A stretch of 63,863 nt of DNA, counting the filler, from Psammoneis japonica (lineage: Eukaryota): NCBI GenBank assembly GCA_008632985.1. It is 3 parts of 3 records of this genome, joined end to end, with 100 filler letters (N's around TTAATTAATTAA, not from the genome) between each part and the next. Parts side by side here need not be neighbours in the genome. Positions count along the whole stretch, not along the records: positions 29,948 to 59,394 come from QPGO01000402.1; 2 more parts are not named here. One strand, written 5' to 3'. Below the pieces are notes generated by a model. It saw only the letters and a list, made by a program, of their open reading frames with translations. It searched no databases and had not been told where the DNA came from. Shown one piece after another: positions 37,034 through 49,193 of the stretch (positions within the stretch are counted from its first letter, which is position 1; every line of letters begins with the position of its first letter). The position numbers and the translations under genes were made by a program.

Positions 37034-38288
37034 ATGAAAGTCTTCTGTTGTTGGCTAGTTCTAGCTCTGGATCGTGCTGAAGCTGGATTCATCAGTATTT
37101 CCAAAACTGATGCTCGCGGCACGACGTCACCTTTGTTTTCAACCCGAAAGAGAACAAACGCGGTCAAGTCACGTAGAATGGTAACGAGAAAATCGAAAAA
37201 GAAAGAAATGGATTCCATGTTGATGGGTAAGTTCTGAGATTGTTTTTTTTTTTTTTGACGAGAGGTGTATTCTATAATTTTGAATTTCAAAATTGAAAAA
37301 ATTAGCTCACGCGTTCGATCTCCAATCTCCCGTAGACATGGGATTAAAGCCCGTCATCAAGAGTGAAAAAGCAAAAGCCAAGCAGGATCAAAGCAACGTC
37401 AAAATTCCAGTACAAATACAACTGAATTATTCAAGAAATGGGCACTCATGTCTTCGATCCTTGTTGGATCCGGATTTGCTGAAGGAACTGAAAATCGAGT
37501 TACAATCTTACGCCGAGTCCCGAGAATTGCAAGCATGGCAACAAAAGACAGAAGTGACGTTTGGTACAGACTCGTCTAGCTTTTCCGTAAAACAATGTCA
37601 AGATGCGCTTGGTGAAATGGATTTGCCCTTTTTGCAGCATTTCAATACCTGGAAACAACTCAACAGTGTCAAGCAGCTTGCTTGCGACTCAATGCTGCCA
37701 CAATATGCATCCATTCTCATGGATATTCCCAGAGTGCGTCTTTATCAAGATTCGCTCTTTTGGAAACGTTCTAGTGACGGATGCACACCATGGCATGTGG
37801 ATGGGCGCATGATGCCCTTTGATACCTCCAACAGCATTACCTTTTGGATCCCTCTCCAAACCATACCTGCGGACGGCTCTGCCTTGGAGTTTGTCAGCAA
37901 GTCCCATTCCGATTTTGCCTTGGCATTCTGGAATGACTTTGATAGCAGTGAAGAATATCAACGCCTAGAAGAACGATATCGTAACGAGGGCATTGTTCAC
38001 TACATGCCCATGGCGTTGGGCGATGTCACGGTTCATTCGGGATGGACCTTGCATTGTACGTCTGCCGGACAAGAGCGGTTGGCCTTGGCCATTACCTATG
38101 TGGATGCCAATGCGGAAATACGACACGACGCTCAAGTCAAACGTGATACGGATACTCGACAAGGAAGAGGATACGGTGACAACGAAGATTATTGGAGCTA
38201 CAAGGATTGGGTCGATGACGTGACACCTCGACAACCGTTTCAACATGCCGCGGTTCCGACTGTGTGGCCGCCGCCGGCAAATGAGTAG
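37034..38288 (+). CDS. Phytanoyl-CoA dioxygenase (PhyH)-family 2OG-Fe(II) oxygenase, one intron 37227-37335
   Basis: TPWHVD...ITFWIPL...GDVTVHSGWTLH (HxD...H triad); GT-AG intron joins in frame; signal-peptide-like N-terminus; start codon uncertain. Confidence 0.85.
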
Positions 38289-38845
38289 GCGTATTTTGCA
38301 CTAGTGGTGCACGCTGCGTTTCCACCTTTTTCTCTTGGCTTTACAGTAGACTTGGTGTGATCTTCCCTGCTACTATAAGATGTAAAAGCATGACCTCTTC
38401 TTGAACAAGTTAGAGAAGCGCCAGTTCAAACTGCGACACACAAAAAGATACACACCGACAAACTTGACACTTATGTTCTAAGGCGTGGTACTTCGTTTGT
38501 ACTCTTCCCTTCCTATTCTACTTCTATGCTTTTCGGCAAGTCAGAAGCTAGGAATTCACACTACTTTGTTATTACAAGTACTGCAAAGAGTAAAGTAAGA
38601 TCCCAATGGCCAACAGGACGGACGAGAACGGACACGCCACGCAAGTTTGAAGCGATGGATGCATCATCATCGCACACCAGCACAAGCCCAAAGCCATCAA
38701 ACGATAGATACCACCACACAAAGATTTTGGCGCCTGATGGCAGAAAGCCATAAACTGGAGAGGCGATAACCAAGATACTGTATGGAAGTCCAGGGCCGGT
38801 GATACTGCTGCTGCGCAATATGGATAAGCTAAACCGGGTCACACG

Positions 38846-39478
38846 GTGGAATTCCAGGGATTGTCAGGAGCCGCTTATCTCAACGGAACAAAAGGAACTC
38901 TCGTTGAATTCCTCAAGAAAGAGCAAAGATGGAGCGTGAGATGCGAACTCGATAATAAGAAAGTAAACGCGAAACCTGAAAATTTGATCCTCCATTCTCG
39001 CAATAACTCTTCTGAAAAAGACAAGTTTCCGGCACATGGTGATTTCAAGTTGAATCCGAGTCTCGCTCTTCGAAGTGACAAACCTTCGATGGTATCTTCT
39101 AGCGGGGAATCACTAAACTCCGCTGTATTGGCTTCATTTCACGGGCGTCACATGGGTGGCGCAGTGGTGTCGTGCGGTGACAAGTTCATGCTGGCCGTGG
39201 ACTTTTATGGTCCATATGAGCTTGGGGGGGCGGTTGGTGAAATGGTGTACGTGGATAAGAACCCTCAAGCCCAAGCCGTCGTGAAAGGACGTGGGTGCGC
39301 CCGTGCCACGATGTTGGGTACCGCATTTTTGGCCGGGGAGACAGTGGAGTACATTGAGACAGAATCTGAAAGTGCTTTCATGTCGCTTTTGTCGAAATAC
39401 AAACGTGGCTCATCTACGAAGCACCACATTGACCTCAAATCGGGCTTGAGGATTCACAGCATCAAGATTTCAAAGTAG
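38846..39478 (+). CDS. Hypothetical protein with SH3-like LNG...KPENL module; 5' end unresolved
   Basis: 210-codon ORF with normal dinucleotide content; GLSGAAYLNGTKG...RWSV...KPENL. Confidence 0.55.
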   Translation: MEFQGLSGAAYLNGTKGTLVEFLKKEQRWSVRCELDNKKVNAKPENLILHSRNNSSEKDKFPAHGDFKLNPSLALRSDKPSMVSSSGESLNSAVLASFHGRHMGGAVVSCGDKFMLAVDFYGPYELGGAVGEMVYVDKNPQAQAVVKGRGCARATMLGTAFLAGETVEYIETESESAFMSLLSKYKRGSSTKHHIDLKSGLRIHSIKISK

Positions 39479-39639
39479 GTCTTCCGCTTCATTCCCAGCA
39501 TTGGTGTTTTATGGTTGAGGTATAAAGTCTGGAATCCTTTACGCAACGTGCACAGCACCTAGAGCACCTACCAGCAGCAATGGGCCGACTAAATCAAGAG
39601 GGCGATGTACTCAAATGCGACCTTAAGAGCCTAAAATCC

Positions 39640-39806
39640 AGCTCCTTGTTGTCCCTGCGTCTTTGTCACCTCTTCCAACCCTCAAGTCCAGCCCCCCTTC
39701 CCTGCACTCCTTTGTCAAGTTGAAGCTCCTTGTGATCCCTTCGTCTTTCTCGCCTCTTCCAACCCTCAAGTCCAGCCCCCCCTGCCCTGCACTCCTTTGT
39801 CAAGTT
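39640..39806 (+). repeat. Tandem duplication of ~84 bp
   Basis: cctcttccaaccctcaagtccagcccccc...ccctgcactcctttgtcaagtt occurs twice. Confidence 0.85.
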
Positions 39807-41029
39807 GCATCCTCTCTCGAATGTCTGCCATTGGCTGCACCATGGTCACTTCCACCTCCAGCTCAACACTCTCTGCGTGCCAAAATGGTCTTGCAAATGT
39901 TGCACAAGCCCTGCCATCTCCACTTGCAAGTCCACTGCTGCACTCACTGGCATGCTCCATTGAAGGACAATGGTGCCCCTGTGACCAGCTCCACCTCATG
40001 CTGCAGCACAAACTGCATCTCCCAATTTCTCCACATCATTGGCTGACCTCAATCCAGTGTCCTTCCTGTGTGGGACAAGCCAACCCACAAGGCAACCATG
40101 CTTTCTGCCACCACTCCCTTGGGCACAAGTCTGCGCTCTTCAAACAACATCTGAGACAGCCTCTTTGCAACTCTTCAAACTGTCAGCCCCCTCTCCAGCA
40201 TTTGCCATGACTCCTCCAATGTGCACCATGAGCCCGCCAACCTCCTCTCTGCCATTTTCTCACCCCTCAAATGCCCTGCTGATGCTGGGGCACAGCCCAC
40301 CTTGGCAGCCTCTGCTGCCTCTCCCACCTCCTGCCTCGCCATTGATGTTGCCATCCCCCTCCTCTTCCTGCTCCCAGCTTGCCTCCCCCCCCCCCCCCCC
40401 TTGTGTCCCACTGACCAACACACATCACAAGAGCATCAAGAGAAAATTCAACATGGGAGAGCAACACGATGCAATTTGGCCCTGCTGTGATTGCTGACTG
40501 CCCCATCTGTGCTGGCCTTTGCATCCTTCCCTTTGCAATTGGCTGCCACTTTGTGGTGCCTTTGGCTGCTTTGCCTGCAAACTTCTCCTCAGCATCTCAA
40601 ATGACCTTGCCCCATGAGCTCCCTTTTGGACAGCTGGGTTGTCTTTCCAACAACCCCTGGCCTTTGCCTTCTGCTCGTGCACCCTTTTCAGCTGCCTCAC
40701 AAGCACAGCTGCTGCTCTCTGCCTCTGCAGCATGCAAATTGGTCTCCTTCTTCTGATTTGGTGCCACCTGTCATGCTGCCACACACCTTCTCAATGGGCC
40801 TGCAAAGCATCAGCTTTTTCATCACCACAGCTGTGGCAACTCTCACCTCACTGCACCCACAACCTTGACTCCAAACTTGCTGTCCCCTCCTCCCCAACCA
40901 TTCTCCATGCCCCATGTGTGTGACTCACTTTCACCCCCACTCTCCACCTGTCCTGCACACCACCACTCCAGACAACACAACATGTGAGCTGCACTTGCAC
41001 ACACAAGTAAGAAGATGATGTGTGGCAGC

Positions 41030-41960
41030 AGTTGCAACAAGCCATCAAACACCCAACAGCAGAAAGCCATGAGTTGCTGGAGAGCTGCTGACAACCAAGA
41101 TTCTGCACAGATGTCTGGGGCAGCAATGCTGCTGCATGATGGAGCATGGACATGCATGTGGCCAAGCTGGGCCACATGGCAGAGTTCCAGGGACTGTCAG
41201 AAGCTCGTGTCCCAAAAGAACAAAAGGAGCTCTCATTGATTTTCTCAAGAAAGAGCAAAGCAAGACAAAGTCACGAGAGATGCAAATTCAACAAAAAGAA
41301 AGCAAATGCACAAGGTGAAAAGACCTGATGCTTTTGGAAGTGACAAACCTTTGACGACAGCTTCTGGCACCATGAAATCACTCAACTCTGCATGCATTGT
41401 CTTCACTTCAATGTGAGCATCACATGGGTGGTGCAGTGGTGTCATGGGGCAACAAGTTCATGATGGCTGCCCCACACAGATTTTCATCCCACATGGGCAT
41501 GGGAGAGCAGTTTGTGAAATGGCACATGAGATGTGGGCAAAGACAACCCTCAGGCCAAAGCTGTGGATCATGAAAGAATGCAGGTGTGCCTGTGTGCCAC
41601 AATGTTGGGTGCTGCATTTTTGGCTGGGGAGACAGCCAAGTGCAGCAAGACAGAACCTGAAGAATCTTTCTTCATGCTGCTTGTTTTGTCAAGGTGCAAA
41701 AATGTGGCTCATTTGCGAGGCTCTGCAGTGAGCTCAGCTTGGGCTTGAAGATTGCAGCATCAACATTTTCAGCCAAGAAGTGGGTTTTCTTCTGCTTTGT
41801 TGCCAGTGCTGTTGTTTTTAGATTGAGGTGCAAAGTCTGGAACCCTTTCAGCAGCATCTGCAGCACCCGGCACCCACACACCAGTGGAAATGAGTCAAGA
41901 CTCAATTTGAAGAAGGTGACACACTCAACAGCAACCTCAAGAACCTGGACTCAAGCTGGC
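41030..41960 (+). pseudogene. Hypermutated tandem copy of 38680-39645
   Basis: Colinear similarity (EFQGLS, FLKKEQ, ATMLG.AFLAGET, 3' flank gaggt..aaagtctggaa) with CpG and TpA removed. Confidence 0.88.
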
Positions 41961-43095
41961 CAAAGAGAGCACACTCAGAGTGAGGGCAGCAAAGGTGTTG
42001 AGCACACATCTGAGGTGGGCCAAACAACACCACTCAAAAATGTTGGTTCATTGTGTGGCACAAAACTTGTCAACGAAAATTCTTGAAAGCTTGTGCTCAG
42101 AGAGCAGGGTGGGTGATGCAGTGATGAAGAAAAGCACACATGTTCAAAAGTGCAAGGAAGTGCTGCAACTTTTCCTTCCTGTTCTCTTTTCAAAAGTGAC
42201 GCTGTCACTCAGCTTTAAAATCAAACTGTTTGAAAGCCTCTGAGCTGCTGGCTCTTGCTGTTTCATGCTGGCCACACTTTTGCAAACTTTTTTGAGTCTG
42301 ATGACTTGCTCCTGGTGTGTCAACAGAAGATGGTTGTGCCTGTTTTTTCCTGTCTATTTGAGCACCCAGATTGCTCAGTTGGCAGTGCTCTTTGTTTCGG
42401 CACCATCACACAAATTGCACCAAACTTTTTGCTCGAGCAAACTTCTGCGCTGGACCGCCGTTTTGGAAATGCCACACCAAAAACACCTGCTCATCCCAAA
42501 TCAGCAGGCACCATTTGTTCCCTCCAGCTCTTTGCTCGAGCAAGCTTCTGTTCCAGACAACCCATTGGGAATGTCGCCAAACACTTGCTTGTGCCGTTTC
42601 TTGTCACCCCGGCTTTCGCCTTGTTGTTGTTGTTTTAGAAGCGATGTTGCAAGAACACACCCTTCTTCTTGGTGTGCTGCTGGCACTCCTGAGACCACAC
42701 ACAACACTGCGTTGGTTCCCAATGCCTTGCACATCACTGTCATTTTGTTGCATGGCAGCCCGAGAGACACTGTTTTCGGCGGTTGACATCAACACCTGCT
42801 GCCAACGAACAACAACAGCGGTGTGCCACGTCATGCACGCATGGCAGCGACACACACAGCTGCTGGCAGCTGAGTCAGATTTACAACATGCAGCAAGGCA
42901 GCAAACGGAAAGTGAAACAATGCATTTTTGGTGGTCATGATAATGCATTCACCACATGCACTGTATAAGAATCAGAATGAACTACACCGTTAGTTTGGAA
43001 GTTGTGAGTTCTGACAGAAAGCGATAGTCGGAAACCTGAAGTCCGACTAATTTTAGAGCATGAGACCCATAAACCCGTAAATCGTGGCTGCCCTG

Positions 43096-45042
43096 ATGAT
43101 GAATGGTCTTTCACCGGAAGATTCGAAAGCAATGCTCCAACGTGGAGGTGCTGGAGAGAAAAATCGTGAGGAGTTGCCCAGCTTCTTCGAGGAAACTCAG
43201 CAAGTGTCGTCGGAGGCTGTCCAGCGAGGGATAGTCGAAGCGCATTCAGCAGCCGCAGCAGCATCGGAATGTTGCGATGCTTTCATAACCGAAATCAACG
43301 ACAAGGATGTCCTCTTGGGCCGAGGTTCGGGTGCAAATAATCGCAGCGGCAATCGGTATTTTCGTAAGCTTGTAGAGCAGAGAAAGGCCGAATACTTGGC
43401 GGCAGAAACCAAGGACGATAAACGAGAGATTGCCACACAAATTATGAACCAGATTCTTTATCAAGGTGGACGATTTCTTCTCAAAAGTGGAACCGGCAAT
43501 TCGTACGAGAGTGCGGACAAGGTCAAGGTGTTGAAGAAGTGTCTACATGCGCTCCGAGAAAGAAAGAAAAACCGAGCTGTATCTGAGATAGCCGCGATTG
43601 ACCAGGTATGTTTCTTGATTCGTTTTGTACCGACTGCGCTCAGCGTTAACTAATTTTTGTTCAGAACACTCAGACTTCCAGTGTTCATCACACCGGTATG
43701 CCGGCTAGCCATGGTTTGGCGTTTTCTACGTACAATTTCTTCCATGAGCAAGAGATTCCATTTGTAAATGAGGATCCAATGTTTGATCGAAGATTGGGAG
43801 TAAACGACTATACTGACGGTCGTCACTACCACTTGGCTCTCGGAAGAGGCGTGGTAACAAGTTCCTTTCGATTGCAGCAGCAGCAGCAGCAGCAAGATGC
43901 TAGCACTGCTTTGCCGAGTGCTCGAATCAACGAGGGACTGAGTGGCATGTGCGGCAATGCGGTACCAGAAAACCTGCAGTCCTCATCTCGCAACGAAGAA
44001 GATAACGATAGAATGTTGACGGAAAAAGACCAACAAGAGAAAGAAATGGCAGCCGCTTTTGTACTCGATGCCTTAGAAAGTGGCATAGGGGAACGCCCAG
44101 CGATCCACCAGCAGAACAATAAAAAGAAAGGCAAATGATGTCGGAAGATGTGAAACGGGAGGTTCTTTCCGATCTGTTTGGGAAGAATCTTAAACTAGTT
44201 TCCAGCACAGACATGAAAGTTTACCAGGAGCACGAGAACGCTCTCAAGTTGATGCGGCATGAAATAGACCTCATGCCCAACTCGAAGAAAAATGTTCTTC
44301 TCGTAGCACAATCGCTGTGCAGTCCGGTAGAGTTTAGCGATGCGAGGCTAAAATGTTTCCTTCGCTACGTCGATTGGCATCCAAAGGTGAATTTTCATTG
44401 TTTAAGACTTTTTGGGCGCGCCTTCATCTTTTTCTCACGAGAACTGTTCGTATTCTGTCGTGCTCGATACAGCTTGCCGCAGAAAGGTTTGCACACTATT
44501 GGGAATGCCGACAACGCATTTTCGGTGTAGACAAATGTCACCTACCCATGACCGTTGACGGTGCCTTGCAAGACGACAAGGCTGCCCTGGAGACTGGCTT
44601 TAGCTGTGTGCTACCTCATCGTGATGCTTCTGGACGGCAAATAATTTGGGGTAACTTCATATGTCATACTGGCATCGGCTATACAAACGAGAGTCTGGTA
44701 CGTTTTGTCGATCAGTTACTATTGACATCAAGTTTGTGGCCTGTTCTCTTACAAGCTGTTTCCGTCACATGCTCAAAAAATAGAATCGTGTTGTTTGTTT
44801 TTTTTTTTTTTGGTATGTGCATGGATTGCATGAGATTGGCAATGAGGAATGCGGAAGAGATTGGAGCAGCCCTGGCAAAGTTTGGAATGCTACCGGACAT
44901 GCTTCCAAGTGAAGTTGGAGGAAAAGTGAAAATAGATGCCATCGAGTGGGTCGCCAGCAGGCGAAAGGTTGAAAGGGAAGAGCCCTACACCTACCAATTT
45001 ATCTTCTCTGATGATCAGGGTGACGGGACAAGAAGCCTATGA
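43096..45042 (+). CDS. DUF6824-domain protein with partial CRAL-TRIO-like region; introns 43606-43664 and 44387-44472; apparent frameshift near 44120
   Basis: DVLLGRG..N..GN.YFR.LV...GGRFL; FLR...AAERFAHYW..R..IFG; both introns splice in frame. Confidence 0.75.
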
Positions 45043-45612
45043 GCTTACCAAATTTCTGGTTTTTTTTTTTTCAGCAAAATTTTGCGAGAAGATCAGAGAA
45101 AATAGTTTCAGACTAGAGGAGGCTTTTTGCTTGTCAGGGGTTGCTATCCTCGGTTAGAACTATATTAGGCTTTTCAGTGATAATCGCGTCGACCCGAAGA
45201 GCATCGCAGCGCAGGTTCTCAAGTGCCCCAATTGTCTGAACACGGGCTCTCTGAACTATGCCTCTAGCTAACAGCCTAATTCCAGCGAGAGCGAAGAGTT
45301 GGAATCTCTATCTCGCAAGCCACTAGCTGGAGCGCTACCGAGATCAACGCGAAACAAGTGCAGATATTGAGGAGGAGGTAATCGGTATTGTCTACGACAC
45401 CTTCATTCTTTTCTAGAGAGTAGAGATAACATCTGAAACGGACCAACGGGGATTTTTGCATGCTGAAGCGTTTGTGGGTTCGCTGCTTATGGCCTTCAGT
45501 AGCTTCACTATACCGGTATATTTCTTGCTAAAATTCTAAAAGTATCGAGACGATATCCTCGTCTTTTACTTGATTCTAAACGGACGCATACCTACTCGTG
45601 GTAAGAAAGACT

Positions 45613-46824
45613 TTATTGTCCATCGTCCGCCCGTCCTTTCAATAGGATTTCCCATAGTGACATGCGCACGCCGTTTCTCGAGTGACTCGATCCAAGCCTC
45701 CTGGTCGCGTTGCCTGACGATCCAAAGAACTCGGTCGCATTGATTGATGATCCAAAGAAGTCGGTCGCGTTGGTTGACGATCCAAAGAATTCGCTCGCGT
45801 TGAACGACGATCCAGAGAATTCGGTTGAGTTGAACGACGATCCAGAGAATTCGGTTGAGTTGATCGACGATCCAAAGAATTGGGTTGAATTGATCTCCTG
45901 AAGCAAGCGATGAGTCATCTCAACCACAACATCGTCCGTCGAATCTCCTGGATGTTTCACAATTGAGCCTCTGTAAATAATATCCCGTGTCGAACCGTGT
46001 GTATAGGACAACGGAAAGTGCGTAATCTGCCATTCTTCTGCCATGAGCTTGAGCGCCGTCGTCTGGATAGGTGCATCGCCCCAGCGATGGTTGTAAATCC
46101 CACCGCTCTTGTCGATACCATCAAGGTAAGCTTGGACATCCTGACGCTCCCACCAGCTCACCTTGGAGACGAAAAAGTTTGTGAAAAAGATATTGTTCGG
46201 AATAACCAACTGATTCGAGACGCCCTTGTCAAACTGGTACTCGAGCAGCCACTTTCCCATGGTCATGACCGTCTCCAAGTGGTACTCTGGAACAGCCACG
46301 CCATATGCATACACGAGATCATTGTGTGCCATGTAGTGAAACGGATCCGCCGGAAGCTCTTGAACACAAACATCATCGTCCATGCGCATCGCATAATCGT
46401 ATCGGGACAAGGCCTTGAACCAAAGCATGGACATGAAGCGACACATGTGGCGATAGCCCAGCGCGTCATCAGAGAGTTCCTCCATCTCGAGCGAGTTGTC
46501 CATATCTGGAACTCTTCCAAAGCCGTAATCGGAAGCGCTTACCAGGCGAAAACCAGGCGGAAGCTGGTCGGTGGGTGGGGACTGTGCTCCCTCGTAGAAG
46601 ACAATGGTATCAAAGCGCTCTATCTGCCCCGCCTTGTCAAGAGCCTCTTGGAAACATTCGGATCGTTTCTTCACAGCAGTCAAGTCATTTCCTCGAATGA
46701 GAGCAAACACGACATTCGAGACTCCATCTGAAGGGACGATGGGCTCCATCTCTGTTGCAGCCACATTAACAATGGTGGTAAAGAAGATCAACGCGATCGC
46801 AGCAACTGCTTTTCGAACCATCAT
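45613..46824 (-). CDS. GT15 (KRE2/MNT1/KTR-like) alpha-1,2-mannosyltransferase
   Basis: GYRHMCRF, YAMRMDDD, DPF, TNF, IDKSGGIYNHRWGDAPI; N-terminal signal/anchor. Confidence 0.9.
   Translation of the reverse strand: MMVRKAVAAIALIFFTTIVNVAATEMEPIVPSDGVSNVVFALIRGNDLTAVKKRSECFQEALDKAGQIERFDTIVFYEGAQSPPTDQLPPGFRLVSASDYGFGRVPDMDNSLEMEELSDDALGYRHMCRFMSMLWFKALSRYDYAMRMDDDVCVQELPADPFHYMAHNDLVYAYGVAVPEYHLETVMTMGKWLLEYQFDKGVSNQLVIPNNIFFTNFFVSKVSWWERQDVQAYLDGIDKSGGIYNHRWGDAPIQTTALKLMAEEWQITHFPLSYTHGSTRDIIYRGSIVKHPGDSTDDVVVEMTHRLLQEINSTQFFGSSINSTEFSGSSFNSTEFSGSSFNASEFFGSSTNATDFFGSSINATEFFGSSGNATRRLGSSHSRNGVRMSLWEILLKGRADDGQ
45706..45894 (-). repeat. 30-bp coding tandem repeat (about 6.5 units, xNxTEFFGSS)
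   Basis: gacgatccaaagaa... recurs every 30 bp. Confidence 0.92.
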
Positions 46825-47563
46825 GTTGCTGACCCGTTTGTGACTTTGTGACAGGCGCTTTGCAGAGTGCAAAGTTTTGGCGACAATCGCGGCCTGCGGG
46901 CCAGGAAAATGTGATCGTTGTTTATCCCCCTTACATTTACGAATAAAAATAATGTGACAATTTGATCGCTCTTTTATTATGCGTTTGTTAATTGATTCTT
47001 CCTCAGCACTGATAAAAAAGTATTTAAAACAGAAAAACTTTATCCGTTAATCTTGTCCATGTTGGAAATCTAAATACATTATTCAAACCTTATTTAAATG
47101 AATAAGCATGGCCAAATTTAACCTTTTTAATGTTCAAATAAAATTTATTTTTGATTGAGTCGGAGCCATCCTACTTTTAGTCGTGCCAGTAAAATACCTA
47201 TCAAACAGTACCGGGATATCATTGAGACAATCAAATGATCGATCCGAGAGGTCCCAAGTCCCAAGTCTCAGTCCAGCAAGATCCATACTAACATCTATAC
47301 ACTCCTGTTCTATGCAATTGAATGTTATTCTCTCACCTGGTTGTCTCTTGGTGCATTAAGTGCTCCACGCATCAATCACGTGCTTTCTGGTTCCTTCTGC
47401 CTGTGACGTATTGTACGTGAGCTTCGCGCTGCTGCACGAATACAAGAACCGCCTGCGACGAAACAAGCAAAAATAATCTGATTGTTCCAAAGCTCTTTTT
47501 AAAACGCCGCAGAAAAAGTCCCCCCCCCTGTGTATCTCGCTCGGTATTCATCGTTGTGTCATC

Positions 47564-48754
47564 ATGCAACAACACGTGGAGTTTATCGATCGCCTCAAGG
47601 CAGTGTCCACAGTCGGGGTTGTGTTGATTCACTGCCTTCCTCCTTTTTTTGAAAAGCAATATCAATGGGAGCAGTCGCTAGCAACATGGTTAAGTTTCTC
47701 TACCAAGTTTTTCGTTTATTGTTCTGGCTATCTGTTTGCTCAGACACGGCAAGCGCCGTGGAAACGAGTCAAAAGCAGCCTGATTCGAATCCACTTGCCG
47801 TACCTGGTGGCAACATGCTTTGCTTGGATATTCCGGTTGGCAACTCGTGTGCCGAACGACGTTCCAGAAACTCTTTCTGAAGCTCTCAGTGATGTTGCTC
47901 TTGGAAATGCATATGGTCCATACTACTTTCCGATCATGCTGTCACTCCTTACTGCCATGAGTCCTCTACTGGCCCGACTTTCCCATGAAAACAAGCATCT
48001 TGGGATCTATTTTGTTTTCGTACTATCCTTTATTTTACAATTCTGGGAGCATGGAGCTTTAGACGCTGGATTTGCAAGTGTTCTTTGGCCCTTTCGGGTT
48101 GAAAATGCCATGTTTTGGAGGATTCGCAGTCCCTGTTGGTGGGGAGGGTACTACGTGTTTGGCTGGATTTGTTCGACGAGAAGAAAGCTTCAGAAGGACA
48201 CACATCAAGAGACCACTACATCTGTTGGTATGAAGGGGACTCGAATTTCTCTTCTTATGATGAGTTATTTGTTGTTACATTTTGCAAAGGGGCGCTTGGG
48301 TATAATTGCGAACCAAGTGTTCTCCTACACTGTCCTCGAAGCTGTGCCGCGCCTCCTAGCCGACATTTCGCTTCCTGACTTGCTCAATACCGCGGTCTTG
48401 TGGCTAAGCATCAACTCTTACACAGTATATCTCTACCACCTCCCATTTGTCTACGGCTTTGAGACGGTGTTTAAACACAAGAGCACGGGCTTCAATGACA
48501 GTCACGTTTACCAAGAAGCCTTGCCACCCTACCCCTCGTGTTATTACGCAATGCTTCTCACCATGCAGTGGATGCTTGGGCTTGGGGGCGCGACACTTGT
48601 CGCACGGATTGCACCGAGGCTACTGGGTGATAGGGCAGCCTCTCGTCTTTTTGGGTGTCGATCCTTGTCTACTCCTGGAGGACGCGACGACAATACCGTA
48701 GAGGACGTTCAAGGAAAGGAGAGCAGCGTTCTACCCATCCAAGCAAGAGTCTAG
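47564..48754 (+). CDS. Acyltransferase-3 (OafA/YrhL-like) multi-pass membrane O-acyltransferase
   Basis: IDRLKAVSTVGVVLIH, FF..SGYL, RI.LPYL, SYTVYLYH; many hydrophobic helices; no intron. Confidence 0.85.
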   Translation: MQQHVEFIDRLKAVSTVGVVLIHCLPPFFEKQYQWEQSLATWLSFSTKFFVYCSGYLFAQTRQAPWKRVKSSLIRIHLPYLVATCFAWIFRLATRVPNDVPETLSEALSDVALGNAYGPYYFPIMLSLLTAMSPLLARLSHENKHLGIYFVFVLSFILQFWEHGALDAGFASVLWPFRVENAMFWRIRSPCWWGGYYVFGWICSTRRKLQKDTHQETTTSVGMKGTRISLLMMSYLLLHFAKGRLGIIANQVFSYTVLEAVPRLLADISLPDLLNTAVLWLSINSYTVYLYHLPFVYGFETVFKHKSTGFNDSHVYQEALPPYPSCYYAMLLTMQWMLGLGGATLVARIAPRLLGDRAASRLFGCRSLSTPGGRDDNTVEDVQGKESSVLPIQARV

Positions 48755-49193
48755 TGTCCAAACAGACACAAGAAAAAGCGCAGATGATTTCCTCCTCTTG
48801 CGCAATAAGTGAGACGGACCAAACGCCGGGCTCTTTCCACTGGTAGCGGCAGCCGGCGGTACGTCTTAATGACGGTTGTAACATAAACGAGCTTTTTCGA
48901 GCGAATCCCAAGCCCAAGAGATGCTGATGAAGGAAAAAGAGGTTGGTGCTCAACCCACCAAACAGTTAAAAACGGAATGAGAAGAAGGCCTAGACCAGCG
49001 TGCACCTGAAATATCAACTCAGGAGAGTGCGATGAGCACAAGTGGGAACATGCACCGCCATGTATTCGTACACCTTTCCGTCGGGGCCCAACCGCAGGCC
49101 TCACCAGCTACCAACCGTCGTCAATGACCGATGCTAGTACCGGTAAAAGCATATCTATGGAGAAATCAGTGTGCTATGCTTTGTGTATTATAC

